Made by a program: the position numbers and the translations under genes. A stretch of DNA of 64,000 bases from IMG/VR virus record IMGVR_UViG_3300035157_000753, positions 23,201 through 87,200 of that record, one strand, 5' to 3'. The stretch comes from a virus. Shown piece by piece: positions 46,198 through 56,376 of this stretch; within the stretch, counting starts at the first letter, position 1, and each line of letters starts with the position of its first letter. The notes below the pieces were generated by a model. It searched no databases. It was not told the origin of the DNA and worked only from the letters and a program-made list of their open reading frames with translations.

Positions 46198-47706
46198 TTA
46201 ATTAAATGAGTGGAAGTAGACTTTTGCCATTGATACACCGCTTCCAGTACCAGAATTCAGCGTGGCAGTTGATCCTGTCTGTGGATCTGTTAGAACAATT
46301 TCTCTGGCAGAGATTTTACCACCAGTTTTATTAACAGGGTCAGTTGTATTAATAGTTATATCACCATCAAACCAACCATCTCCAGATACATCTAACTTGT
46401 AACCTGGAGTTTTACCAATACCAAACTGACCACCACCATCTAAGATAGCTTGGTCAGCACCAGTATCATCAGTAAAGTTTAAACTTGAACTTGCTACACG
46501 CTTCTGGATAATCGATTTCGATGTTCCAGCATCTCCAATTATAAGTGAAGAACCTGTAGCAAATATAGAACCTTCAACTTCAAGAGTATATGTTGCAGCA
46601 GCTCTACCAATACCTAATTGACCATCTAGTTGATGTGCACTACCAGTACTTACAATATTACCAGTAGATGTAATACTAGTAACAGCATCTATAGCTCCTG
46701 TAATATTAATTCCAGTCGCTGAAGTTTCTAATTTAGGGAAAAAATCATGGTATATTTTAACTGAACCATCGTCAGTACATTCAATAAATGGTTCATTACC
46801 ATCTTTATTCTGTAACCATATTTTATCAGCACCAATCTTTAGTGTAGATCCAGATGCCCTAGTATCTACAATTAAACTCTCAGTGGTATCCCCATGAGAT
46901 ATTTGTAGATCGTCATCATTACCTAATTTGATGACTTTATCATCAGGCATATCAATATGACTGTTAGGAATCAAATCCCCAGTTATAGTAACAGTCTGAT
47001 TAGCAACTACTGTATTATTAAATGTTGCAGCAGCACTAAAGGAAGCTGAACCATTAACAGTTACAGTATCTGCAGAAGTTGTTCCCAATACTCCACTACC
47101 TGTGGAAGTAAAGTCAACAATACTAAGTGTGCCTGTAAAGGCAGCATTATCAAGAGTTTTATTTGTTAGTGTTTGAGTAGCACCTAAAGTTACAAGTGTA
47201 TCACTTGCAGCTACAACACCATTAGAAGGTAACACATATGTATGAGTTACACCTGCAGGTATTGATTCTGTACTAAACTTACCGACCTTACTGGTATCAG
47301 ATGAGTTTGGTATTACAAACAAATTATCTGTAATTGCTAAAATAGAACCCAGACGTATTTGACCAGTACCTTGAGCAGCAATGGTAATGTCTAAGTTAGT
47401 ATCAGCAGCATCTTTCGCCTGTACATTGAGAGTACCCCCAACCTTCTGAAGATTGAGTCTAGCATCTCCCATTGCAAGACCGACTTGCCCTTGAGTTTCG
47501 GAAAACATACCCGTAGAGGTTTTCCCTTCAAAAGATACACCTGGAGTAGTATATGTACCTGAAGGTACAGCTCGGAATATACTACCTACAGCTGATCTTT
47601 TATTTTGATCTGTTGGATCCGAATTATCTAGAAGTAGCAAAGTATCAGAGCTAGATACGCTTCCTGCTTCCAATAATGTTAGGTCAGATATCTTACGTGT
47701 TGCCAC
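46198..47706 (-). CDS. Tail fibre-like structural protein
   Basis: RKISDL N-terminus, GIG..P.Y.LDV.G and LG.DDDLQI.H fibre motifs. Confidence 0.75.
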   Translation of the reverse strand: MATRKISDLTLLEAGSVSSSDTLLLLDNSDPTDQNKRSAVGSIFRAVPSGTYTTPGVSFEGKTSTGMFSETQGQVGLAMGDARLNLQKVGGTLNVQAKDAADTNLDITIAAQGTGQIRLGSILAITDNLFVIPNSSDTSKVGKFSTESIPAGVTHTYVLPSNGVVAASDTLVTLGATQTLTNKTLDNAAFTGTLSIVDFTSTGSGVLGTTSADTVTVNGSASFSAAATFNNTVVANQTVTITGDLIPNSHIDMPDDKVIKLGNDDDLQISHGDTTESLIVDTRASGSTLKIGADKIWLQNKDGNEPFIECTDDGSVKIYHDFFPKLETSATGINITGAIDAVTSITSTGNIVSTGSAHQLDGQLGIGRAAATYTLEVEGSIFATGSSLIIGDAGTSKSIIQKRVASSSLNFTDDTGADQAILDGGGQFGIGKTPGYKLDVSGDGWFDGDITINTTDPVNKTGGKISAREIVLTDPQTGSTATLNSGTGSGVSMAKVYFHSFN

Positions 47707-47734
47707 ACTAAGTCCACAATAAAACGTTCAAGTC

Positions 47735-47742
47735 TATTTATA
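47735..47742 (-). promoter_or_regulatory. T4-type late promoter TATAAATA
   Basis: Exact consensus about 29 nt upstream of the 47706 start. Confidence 0.8.
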
Positions 47743-48178
47743 ACTTCTTCTTGAATGTAAAAAATCCTTCGCTACCATCCCAATACCCTTTGTCCCAACT
47801 ATGGTACTCAGTAGCATATAATTTTGCTTGACTTTCCAACTTTTTACCTTTATATGTACAATCTGGCAGTGATGCACCATAAAATGCCATGTCATCAGGT
47901 ACAAAAGAGAATATCATATCACATGCTGGATTCTTTACTATTAATATACCCGTGTTATCATTTAATATTAAAGGTTCGGTAACCTCCACTTCCTGTTCTC
48001 GATATGGTTTGTCAGTATAGTTATATCGAGATTTAGTTAGGAACTTACGTTCATCTACTTTTTCATGAGTTACTATTATATGTGCCCACTTTGTAGGGTT
48101 GGATGATGCTTGGTGCCAATTATCAAAGGTTCCTTCAAACCACTGGCAAAATAAATCTAATTCCATTTTATTGGACAT
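47738..48178 (-). CDS. cpeT: CpcT/CpeT-type phycobiliprotein lyase
   Basis: FEGTFDNWHQASSNP..AHI, KPYR, ACDMIF, SWDKG. Confidence 0.85.
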   Translation of the reverse strand: MSNKMELDLFCQWFEGTFDNWHQASSNPTKWAHIIVTHEKVDERKFLTKSRYNYTDKPYREQEVEVTEPLILNDNTGILIVKNPACDMIFSFVPDDMAFYGASLPDCTYKGKKLESQAKLYATEYHSWDKGYWDGSEGFFTFKKKL

Positions 48179-48834
48179 TTTCCTTCATTGGTTACTCTTT
48201 TCATAATTATATCCCATGCATCAAACATGGTAAATGCCCTGAACCTATTGTTCTGGTTAAGTTCTTTAATCAGACGTTCAGGTGGATCCTTCTTATCTAG
48301 TTTGAAATTAGAATCAGACTTCTTAGAATATAGTCTGAAATAATACAGTGGTGTTCCTTTTGGTAAGTATACATCCTTCTGTAATACTTTTACTCCAACT
48401 ACAAGGGGTCTATACCATACAGATATAGGAAAGGTAGCAGGTACCAAGTCCAACCCAAACCTAGAAAGCAAAGGGTGAGGAATCTGTTCAATCCATACAT
48501 CTTTTTCATTTGTCCATACAGACATTGTATACTTCATTTGAAGTTCTGGCAAGTCACCGCTTAGCCAATTTTCACCTAAGTGAAAGTAATCATCATATGA
48601 TTCTTGACTTAGACTAGTTTCTATGTTATTATCTTTGATCTTAAACCCAAGATCAAATGGTTGTTTAACTACCCAAGTATTATCACCCCACTTCTTCCAT
48701 GCAGGACATTTGGCATGATCATATCTCATATCATACCCAATTCTATATTTCGTTGGTGGGTCTACAAATTCAGGTGGAAATGGATCAGTTTCCTGTCCTT
48801 CTCCTATTCTATAAGACCAGTATACTTGCTTCAT
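48157..48834 (-). CDS. Hypothetical protein (dUTPase-like beta-clip pattern)
   Basis: KCPA..PFD..WYRP..PKGTPL. Confidence 0.6.
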   Translation of the reverse strand: MKQVYWSYRIGEGQETDPFPPEFVDPPTKYRIGYDMRYDHAKCPAWKKWGDNTWVVKQPFDLGFKIKDNNIETSLSQESYDDYFHLGENWLSGDLPELQMKYTMSVWTNEKDVWIEQIPHPLLSRFGLDLVPATFPISVWYRPLVVGVKVLQKDVYLPKGTPLYYFRLYSKKSDSNFKLDKKDPPERLIKELNQNNRFRAFTMFDAWDIIMKRVTNEGKCPIKWN

Positions 48835-49313
48835 TTTTCAAAGTAACTGATATTTAAAACAAGACGACGATCTACATCAGTAGAAGGAACACCCCTATGT
48901 ACTAGATTAGTATCAAAAATTATAGCATGATTCTCCACACTATAAATTTTTTCACCACTTTCTTTAAACTCAGTATAACCATTATTGGTATTGAGATATA
49001 GGACACAAGTTTTACTTGGTGTACTAATCTGCCAATCTGTATGCCACTCTTGTTCTGGTGCATTCCTAGGAGTTGCATTTGCTTTAACTCTTAGAATTGC
49101 TATAGCATTAAGTTGATTAGTTATAGTAACTAAGCACCTCATCAACCTAGGTGTCATGTTCTGGGAGAACTGATGATCATAGTACAGTAAATTTACATAC
49201 TGTTCTGGTTCACCTGGTGAGTTAGGATAATACCAAGGAAAATGTACGTCGTTTAGTTGATTATATAATTCATTAAACGTACCATATTTAAGAAACTGGC
49301 TGATCACCTGCAT
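48831..49313 (-). CDS. 2OG-Fe(II) oxygenase
   Basis: [16 protein letters not shown] and RLVLNISY. Confidence 0.85.
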   Translation of the reverse strand: MQVISQFLKYGTFNELYNQLNDVHFPWYYPNSPGEPEQYVNLLYYDHQFSQNMTPRLMRCLVTITNQLNAIAILRVKANATPRNAPEQEWHTDWQISTPSKTCVLYLNTNNGYTEFKESGEKIYSVENHAIIFDTNLVHRGVPSTDVDRRLVLNISYFEK

Positions 49314-49818
49314 CTTCTTTCTCCTGTTCCTCAAGTGCTTTATCTATTTCTTCCTCAGTTATTGCATTCTGAGAACCAAGACCTTTACCTGGTGGGTTCT
49401 TCATAAAAGGACTATCAGGATGAGGTACTTTAGTTGGTGCACTCGTAGTTTTAAGATACTTAGCCTTTAATGCCTTCTTACTTGGCTTCTTACCTTTATT
49501 TGCTTTTGCTTTCTTAATAACTTCTATGGCATCACCAACTGTGACGATATCACCCGCCATCTCATCTGGTATTTCAACTCCAAAACATTCCTCTAAGAAC
49601 ATAACGAGTTCAACCATATCTAATGAATCTAACATTAGGTCATCACCTAACTTAGAATCCCAAGTAACTTCTATCTCATTACCATCTTCATCTTTGGCTC
49701 TATCCATCAAGGTTTCCTTGATAGCCATTTTTGCTATCTTAAGCATAGTCTGCTTAGAGATGCGTTTTGATGCCTTAAGCATCGCTCTGATTTCAGAGTA
49801 TGTCTTGTTGTAAGCCAT
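49288..49818 (-). CDS. Acyl carrier protein with N- and C-terminal extensions
   Basis: [37 protein letters not shown]. Confidence 0.88.
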   Translation of the reverse strand: MAYNKTYSEIRAMLKASKRISKQTMLKIAKMAIKETLMDRAKDEDGNEIEVTWDSKLGDDLMLDSLDMVELVMFLEECFGVEIPDEMAGDIVTVGDAIEVIKKAKANKGKKPSKKALKAKYLKTTSAPTKVPHPDSPFMKNPPGKGLGSQNAITEEEIDKALEEQEKEDAGDQPVS

Positions 49819-50003
49819 TAAACGTAAACTACTTCATCATTTTGACAGGATTCTCGAATGACATCGAGAATACGAATGAATTGCTCTCCGTCATCACAAT
49901 CAATGACTTTGACGCTTCCTTCACTACTTAGTAGTGTAAACCTTCTTGAGGGAATGTCAACTGTTACCTTATCGAGGTACTCATCTCCAAGGTCAAGATA
50001 CAT
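49818..50003 (-). CDS. Conserved-type hypothetical protein
   Basis: 61 aa; promoter upstream. Confidence 0.7.
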   Translation of the reverse strand: MYLDLGDEYLDKVTVDIPSRRFTLLSSEGSVKVIDCDDGEQFIRILDVIRESCQNDEVVYV

Positions 50004-50026
50004 AGGGCAAAAAGGCGATTAAGATA

Positions 50027-50084
50027 ATTGTAGCAGATAGTTAGAGATTTGTAAAGTAGGGTGTGTCACTTACACGACTGGCAC
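50027..50084 (-). promoter_or_regulatory. Early promoter with palindromic box
   Basis: GTGCCAGTC-N4-AAGTGACAC, TTTACA-17-TACAAT. Confidence 0.7.
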
Positions 50085-50295
50085 GTCTGTTCACTTCTTT
50101 TGCTTTGTCTAAAAGGGCTAGACCTGCGTTTCTATTGTCCTGCATCGTTTTTACAATATTTTCTCTATTTGGCTCTTCTTTTACAATTTCTTCGACGTAT
50201 TCGTCTAAATGTTTAGCAAGGATGGCTTTTAAGAACACAGCCTCCTGCTTTGTTACTGACATGTGAAAAGTTGTCATCTTGTGTGCTGTAAACAA
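50041..50295 (-). CDS. Hypothetical protein
   Basis: 84-aa ORF. Confidence 0.55.
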   Translation of the reverse strand: MFTAHKMTTFHMSVTKQEAVFLKAILAKHLDEYVEEIVKEEPNRENIVKTMQDNRNAGLALLDKAKEVNRRASRVSDTPYFTNL

Positions 50296-50298
50296 TCA

Positions 50299-51168
50299 TC
50301 AATTCAAATATATTGCTTCACCAGCGACATTTACATTGCCACCAGCAGAAATATTAAAATTGCCACTAGTACTCAGTGAGTTATTACCAGTGACGCTAAC
50401 GTCATAACTACTGTTTGGAAGGGGTGTATCAACCATTTCTTCTGGTTGCCCTCCATCTATACAGTCATAGGAATTACCAACCACATTTTCTCTGTGTTTT
50501 CCTTTCACTTCAGTGAATTTATTACCCACTGTTTTATCATAACGACATGCGACTGCTTCTGATCTTATGTTGCCCTCGGCATATGTTGCGATTGCACCAA
50601 TAGGATCTGTTTGGGTAATTGAGTGGAATTTTTTTACATTTTCCTCTCGAGCTGTATGTCTTGATTCATACAACGTACCAATGTTCTCATATTTAGCAGA
50701 TTCGACCCTAAAAGTCTTGTCTGTTTTGAATGCCAGGCTAGTTTTTGTATTAAGGCTATACACTCCACCCACTGTTAAGTTGTAATCACCGTCACATCTT
50801 GTGTTCAAATCACCTTCACATTCTATCTCAGTATTACCTTCAACAGTCATTCTAACATCACCTACGATGTTAAGAACTAGCATATGTTTTTCTGGATCTT
50901 CACCAACATTTAAAGTCATGCTCTCTTTAGCGAGCATGTGTATGTCTTTATGTGAATAGATGTCAGTATTAGCCTTGACATCCATGTCAATATAGTTTTT
51001 AGTAGTACCATGAATTAGACGAATCCTTTCACCCTTCGGTGTATTATTCATCTCTATCATATGACCACATGATGTGCTTTGCACAAAATTCTTTGGCCAT
51101 ACAATAGGGTTATTTACCGAAGAACCCTCTTCTACTGTACCACCTGAATAACCTGTTAGTTCTGTCAT
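50299..51168 (-). CDS. gp5 C-terminal-like beta-helix spike protein (start MTELTGY)
   Basis: P.N.V..T.CGH.IEM.NTP.GERIRL.H, VxG repeats, ends IYLN. Confidence 0.75.
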   Translation of the reverse strand: MTELTGYSGGTVEEGSSVNNPIVWPKNFVQSTSCGHMIEMNNTPKGERIRLIHGTTKNYIDMDVKANTDIYSHKDIHMLAKESMTLNVGEDPEKHMLVLNIVGDVRMTVEGNTEIECEGDLNTRCDGDYNLTVGGVYSLNTKTSLAFKTDKTFRVESAKYENIGTLYESRHTAREENVKKFHSITQTDPIGAIATYAEGNIRSEAVACRYDKTVGNKFTEVKGKHRENVVGNSYDCIDGGQPEEMVDTPLPNSSYDVSVTGNNSLSTSGNFNISAGGNVNVAGEAIYLN

Positions 51169-53687
51169 ACCTGTTTCTCCAATGCTGGATGACCTACACA
51201 ATCAATGTAAGTTTCTAAGTCTAGAATCTGCTCTCTAACCTTAATAGGTCCAGCATAACTATAACCTAGTATAACAGTACCACCTGCTCCTTGTCCACCC
51301 TCAGTATCCTCAACCTTTGCTGTGACAAATCCAAAGATCTTTTCAGTAAGGATCGGTTTGACTAATCTACCCTGATCATCTATAGTATAGTCACCAATTT
51401 TCTTCTTATCAGGTCCAGTACCTATTGTTATGATTGGTTTCTTATAACCACTACCCACATTAATAGGTTTAACCTCTTCAACTATAGGAATCAGATCACC
51501 ACACTCAGCATATATTGCTTTAGCATCATCTGGTACAACCAAGTCAGCATACTTCTCAGTATAGTTAAGGGTGAAAGTATCACCAGATACTGTCTGTAAT
51601 ACCATACCATTTTCAATATTAACATGATATGTTGGATCTAAAGTAGCAATAACCATATTATCGTCATCATAATCAACATCAACTACCTGCATTACTTCTG
51701 GTTTATTAGGATATTCAGTACCATCAGCTGATGATACTAAGAATAATAATTGACCATTCGCAGTTACTTGTGCTACCTTACCTTTTGGCATTCTATAATT
51801 ATACTGCTCTTTGGGGCAATATGTTTCAGCGGGATCAAATCCATATCCAATACCAGGTTCTATTACATCAATAGATTCTACCTTACCATCTTTAATGTTA
51901 GGTCTGAATACAGCACCACCACCTTCAGGTTCATTACATGTGAACATGGCTCTAACCTTGGCTGTAAGACTAACATTTCTACCTTTCTTCCTTACCCATG
52001 AACCAGCAATAGATCCAATTCTATCAACAATAGGTAATGCTTTAATAGGGGCAGTGGATTGTAAGTTATCCCATATCATTTCAGGGAAGCATGGTTTCTT
52101 ATTTCTATTTCCAGAATTACAATTCAAAGATGCTTCTGGGAACGTTCCATCTTTTCCAGCAAATCCAAAGTCTTCAAACTTCTCCAGAGGTCCCCGTGTG
52201 TCAAAATCCTTGGCAGTAATACCACTAGATTTTCCAGCAGCAGAATCTAAAGGAACTAAAGCACCAGTCTTTACATTGAATACTGACTTCACTCCATTCA
52301 TAGTTCCAGCAGCAAAATCACCTTTCAGGTCACCTGTTGTAGGAACAAACCCGTTAGGTGGTTTATTCGGCCATTCATCCATCTTTTTCTTAGCTTTATC
52401 TTTACCTTCAGCTTTAGGTCCATGACATGTTTCATATGTACTAGCACCAATAGCACATGATAATGTACCTTCACAGAACATATCTAAGATTGATAAAGCA
52501 TCCTTAAGTATAGATTGGATCTTGTCTATAGCACCTTTAATAGCTGACATCAAACCATCAATCATTCCTAATGCCTTGCTGATCATATCCATCAACTTAT
52601 TCATAATGGCAGAAATGAAATCTTGTATCAAACAAAGGAACGCATCAAGGACATTATTAAAAAGATCGGTGAGTAAACCTTTAATAAAATCTTTGAGGTC
52701 ATCCAATAAAGTTCCAAATACACAACTGACTACCTTGGCAAGACCTTCAAGATTAGCTTTAATAGGACCAGTTAACTTAGGATTTGGTGTAGGGATCTTC
52801 TCTAACTGATCATCAATCATATCATTGACTTTCTCTAGAGCAACACCTTTAATATTCTGGGTTATTCCGTTGAGTTTAGTAGTAATACGACTAGTTGTAG
52901 TGTTGATCTTACCTGTAATGTCTGCGACTTTACCAGTCTTTTTATCAATCCATTCACCTATATCATTCTTCTCGACCCCACGAGCAAACTTCATAAATTC
53001 ACCCATTGGTCCTTTTAGTTTAGTTGAAACATCTGAACCACATTTACCGTTACCCATTTGTACGGTATAACACTTAGAATCTTCAGCATAATTCTGAAGT
53101 TCACTTGTTACTTCACCATCACCTCTCTCATTGACTGTTGAATCCTTACTTTCAGATTTATCTTCTTTCTTCTTCTCAACAGGTACTTGATTACCAGTCT
53201 TAGGATCTACAGTAACATTAGATCCACTTCCAGGAGCACCACTACCTTGTCCAGCATGAACATTAGGAACATAATCAGCTGCTACAAGTTTAGGGAAAAA
53301 TTCTTCTTCACCCTCTTTCTCTGATGTTTTATATCTACCTTTAGGATTTTCATCACCAACAGAACCCAACACTATTGGTACTTGTGCTGCGGCACCATCC
53401 ATAAAGAAACCAACAACCCAACCATTGATTTGAAGTTGATGTACTGTACCAATTCCAGATCGTTGGGGGTACATATTAGGCATCATTACCATAGACCATG
53501 GTAACTCCTTAGTAGGAAGTTCCTTTCTACTTGGATTATGGTATCCTACAATTCTAACTTTTACTTTATTAGTTTCATCCTTATCATTTGGATCTTCTTT
53601 CGTACCTCCACCACTATTCTCCACCTGGCCAACCCACCAGTTGAACCCATCCTTTCCAATAAAATTAGCAGTTGCTTCGTTCATCAC
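51165..53687 (-). CDS. gp5: gp5 baseplate hub protein (N-terminal OB-fold part)
   Basis: FIGKDGFNWWVGQVE, KVRIVGYH, LPWS, WVVGFFMDG..QVPIVLG. Confidence 0.88.
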   Translation of the reverse strand: MMNEATANFIGKDGFNWWVGQVENSGGGTKEDPNDKDETNKVKVRIVGYHNPSRKELPTKELPWSMVMMPNMYPQRSGIGTVHQLQINGWVVGFFMDGAAAQVPIVLGSVGDENPKGRYKTSEKEGEEEFFPKLVAADYVPNVHAGQGSGAPGSGSNVTVDPKTGNQVPVEKKKEDKSESKDSTVNERGDGEVTSELQNYAEDSKCYTVQMGNGKCGSDVSTKLKGPMGEFMKFARGVEKNDIGEWIDKKTGKVADITGKINTTTSRITTKLNGITQNIKGVALEKVNDMIDDQLEKIPTPNPKLTGPIKANLEGLAKVVSCVFGTLLDDLKDFIKGLLTDLFNNVLDAFLCLIQDFISAIMNKLMDMISKALGMIDGLMSAIKGAIDKIQSILKDALSILDMFCEGTLSCAIGASTYETCHGPKAEGKDKAKKKMDEWPNKPPNGFVPTTGDLKGDFAAGTMNGVKSVFNVKTGALVPLDSAAGKSSGITAKDFDTRGPLEKFEDFGFAGKDGTFPEASLNCNSGNRNKKPCFPEMIWDNLQSTAPIKALPIVDRIGSIAGSWVRKKGRNVSLTAKVRAMFTCNEPEGGGAVFRPNIKDGKVESIDVIEPGIGYGFDPAETYCPKEQYNYRMPKGKVAQVTANGQLLFLVSSADGTEYPNKPEVMQVVDVDYDDDNMVIATLDPTYHVNIENGMVLQTVSGDTFTLNYTEKYADLVVPDDAKAIYAECGDLIPIVEEVKPINVGSGYKKPIITIGTGPDKKKIGDYTIDDQGRLVKPILTEKIFGFVTAKVEDTEGGQGAGGTVILGYSYAGPIKVREQILDLETYIDCVGHPALEKQV

Positions 53688-54958
53688 TTCAAAGTCTCAT
53701 CAGTTTTGGTTTGAGAAGTCTCTCTGATATTACCTGGACTATCAGTATATAATGTAGCCTTAGTAGTCATTTGATCATTACTAGATATAAATTCTCTTTC
53801 TATTCCACCTACAACATAAACACCACTGTTACTTCCATCCAAATCTTTCTTTTTCCCTTTATATACTGTAAGTTCTACAGTATCACCAACAAATAGATCT
53901 ATATCACCAACATACTCTACCTGCACTTCCTTACTATAAAATAATTTTTCTCTTAATGCTGACTGTGCTACTTGTTTCGTACTATCCTGTGTCATAGTAC
54001 CTTCAGTAAATAATGCAGTATCCATTATCTTAGACATGATTCTAGTAGGTGCAGTTGTCTTCTCAAACTTAGTAAAATATGTAGGAAGATCTACATCACC
54101 ATTCATCTTAGGGACATCCTTGTAATATTTAGATATGTTGAAGCTATGTTCTGTATAAGACATATCCTGCACATCAAACGTCATAAACTTACTACTATAT
54201 GATCCTAGATTCAATCCAGTCAATACATCTCCAGCATGTGTCACTCTCATTGACATAATAGGTATAATAGTTTTATCTGGTTCTCCCATTTCTGGTTCTG
54301 AATATCCAACAATCATCTTCTTAGTAAACTTCTTATTAGCAAAATGATCATAGGATGAGAAGTTATACCCCTTTGCATTCTCAAAGAAAGCATATCCAGC
54401 ACTAGCATTAGAACCACTTTTACCTGCAGGTATTGCTTTAGTTGCCAGCCACTTAATTATTGTGAATGGTGACCAATAACATGATATAAAGGAAAATTTA
54501 TTCTTAGTAGGTTCTGAGTGTACAACTGCTCTACCTGATCCTAATATCTTTTCAAGTACATCTGTTACGACCATTTCATTTATAGGTTTTCCTCCACCAC
54601 CCCCGAATCTCCGAGAAATTTTTGCTGCAGCATTGTTTATCAAATCTGGATTACAGCATAGTAATGTTGCTTTTGACTTACCATCAACAACTAACCTATC
54701 CTGTACATCATATACTACTAAATTCATCTGGAATTTATTTTCTAAATGATCTTCAAACTCAATATAAACAGGTTCCATACCCTGTACATCAGAAAGTGCA
54801 CCAGTCTCAGTATCAGTTAGTTGAATCTCTACCCTAACAGAAGCACTCTTGATACTCTCATTATATCTAAGAGACAACAATTGATTTATACCAAAAGCAT
54901 AATCAGTTCCTTGAATACCAATGGCTATATTTGTAAATTTAAAATTAGAGGTCTTCAT
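53684..54958 (-). CDS. Baseplate hub protein (gp27-like)
   Basis: WSPF.IIKWL, Y.FFEN..G.NF.S, GD..L.VGD..SG.Y.V. Confidence 0.65.
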   Translation of the reverse strand: MKTSNFKFTNIAIGIQGTDYAFGINQLLSLRYNESIKSASVRVEIQLTDTETGALSDVQGMEPVYIEFEDHLENKFQMNLVVYDVQDRLVVDGKSKATLLCCNPDLINNAAAKISRRFGGGGGKPINEMVVTDVLEKILGSGRAVVHSEPTKNKFSFISCYWSPFTIIKWLATKAIPAGKSGSNASAGYAFFENAKGYNFSSYDHFANKKFTKKMIVGYSEPEMGEPDKTIIPIMSMRVTHAGDVLTGLNLGSYSSKFMTFDVQDMSYTEHSFNISKYYKDVPKMNGDVDLPTYFTKFEKTTAPTRIMSKIMDTALFTEGTMTQDSTKQVAQSALREKLFYSKEVQVEYVGDIDLFVGDTVELTVYKGKKKDLDGSNSGVYVVGGIEREFISSNDQMTTKATLYTDSPGNIRETSQTKTDETLK

Positions 54959-56376
54959 AGAAATTGTGCTGTATTAGCATACTCTTGGAATACATCAGAG
55001 ATCTGTTTAACATCAGAGATAGCATTCTTAAATCCAGTTTCCATATCCATATTTGGAGAAATTGTAGCAGTTTGTGCTTGTATATTACTTATAGCCTCTT
55101 TTACATCAGGGCTTTGCATCAACTTACTACCTTCATTTATAACAGTATTAGTCAATTCACTAATCTGACTAATCTTAGGACCAACAGATGACATATCAAT
55201 ACCACTTTCATTGATGACACTTGATATAATTGATTTTGTATCACCAGATTTAACATTAGTCATAATATTATTCATCATAGGCATCATATTAGTCATTGCC
55301 GCTGGTATTTCAGCCTTACCTCCACTCATTGTATTCATCATACCCATCATGCTACCAAGTGGATCCTCCTTATCAATCTGTGAAGAAAGATTCTTACCCA
55401 TAGTCTCCATCTGAGGCTTCATTGTCTGAGCCATGGTTTCCATCTGGGTCATCATTGAACTCATTTCTGGTGGGAACAAACCTGCTGGGAATCCACCTTG
55501 TGCAGTACCTCTTCCACTTCCACCAACATGTCCAGGACTAGTAGAATTATGTGATGCTCCTCCACTACGACCACCACTAGCTGTATCCCTATTACCTCCA
55601 CCTAAGAAATTAGTAGCTGCTGTAGTAACAGATGTTAGTAGATTATTCTGTTCATTTGAAGTAGTAAGAACATTCTCACTAGAAATCCCAAATGCATTAC
55701 TAATTGAATTAAGACTATTATTTACAATATTAGATATATTTCCACCAATACCTATTGATGGAATCATCTTAAATATCTGCATCAATCCGACTGCTGCAGC
55801 TCTCATAGGTAATGCTAATGAAGCACCAAACGCATCTTTCAAACGCTGATCTATTTGGAAATCATCTTCTAATTTTGTAGAAATATTTTTTTCAAATGTA
55901 TCATTAAAACCAGTCTCAGCTAGTGATTGACTAGATGTATTATCAGCAGGTGCAAAGGCACTACCATCAGCACTAGGAAGAACTCCACCTTTATTAAACT
56001 TCTGGGTAGAATTCTCCATAAGGTTTTTATTAATATCACTTAGATTACCACCCTCAGTAGCACTAGGTCCACCATCATCAGGATGAGCATCAAGACCTAA
56101 TTGTGTTCTCTGATAAGTGAGCTCATCAGGCATCATAGGTGCAGGACTAAGATCCCTATATGCACCTTGAACACCTGAACTTATACGACCAGCTAGATCT
56201 GCATCTGTCTGAGCCCTCTCTGCCATGAGAAAATCTTCATACTGATCTTGCTTGAACATCATCCTCAGCAAAGCTTCTCTATCTTCAAGAAGTTCTTTTA
56301 TACCTTTTAACTGTTCATTTACATCCCATAAGGTAATTTTTTGTTCCTGTTCTGTTCCTTCTGGTGTGTATGTCAT
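54955..56376 (-). CDS. Hypothetical hub/tape-measure-associated protein with a Met-rich segment
   Basis: 473 aa, helical and low complexity; position in the hub operon. Confidence 0.6.
   Translation of the reverse strand: MTYTPEGTEQEQKITLWDVNEQLKGIKELLEDREALLRMMFKQDQYEDFLMAERAQTDADLAGRISSGVQGAYRDLSPAPMMPDELTYQRTQLGLDAHPDDGGPSATEGGNLSDINKNLMENSTQKFNKGGVLPSADGSAFAPADNTSSQSLAETGFNDTFEKNISTKLEDDFQIDQRLKDAFGASLALPMRAAAVGLMQIFKMIPSIGIGGNISNIVNNSLNSISNAFGISSENVLTTSNEQNNLLTSVTTAATNFLGGGNRDTASGGRSGGASHNSTSPGHVGGSGRGTAQGGFPAGLFPPEMSSMMTQMETMAQTMKPQMETMGKNLSSQIDKEDPLGSMMGMMNTMSGGKAEIPAAMTNMMPMMNNIMTNVKSGDTKSIISSVINESGIDMSSVGPKISQISELTNTVINEGSKLMQSPDVKEAISNIQAQTATISPNMDMETGFKNAISDVKQISDVFQEYANTAQFL

Noticed and set aside
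39601-47706. Possible diversity-generating retroelement or invertible fibre cassette
   Set aside because: No reverse transcriptase, invertase or TR/VR pair seen in the window
51165-51201. Possible frameshift or pseudogene explanation for split gp5
   Set aside because: Clean ATGA stop/start overlap with no slippery site; both ORFs look intact
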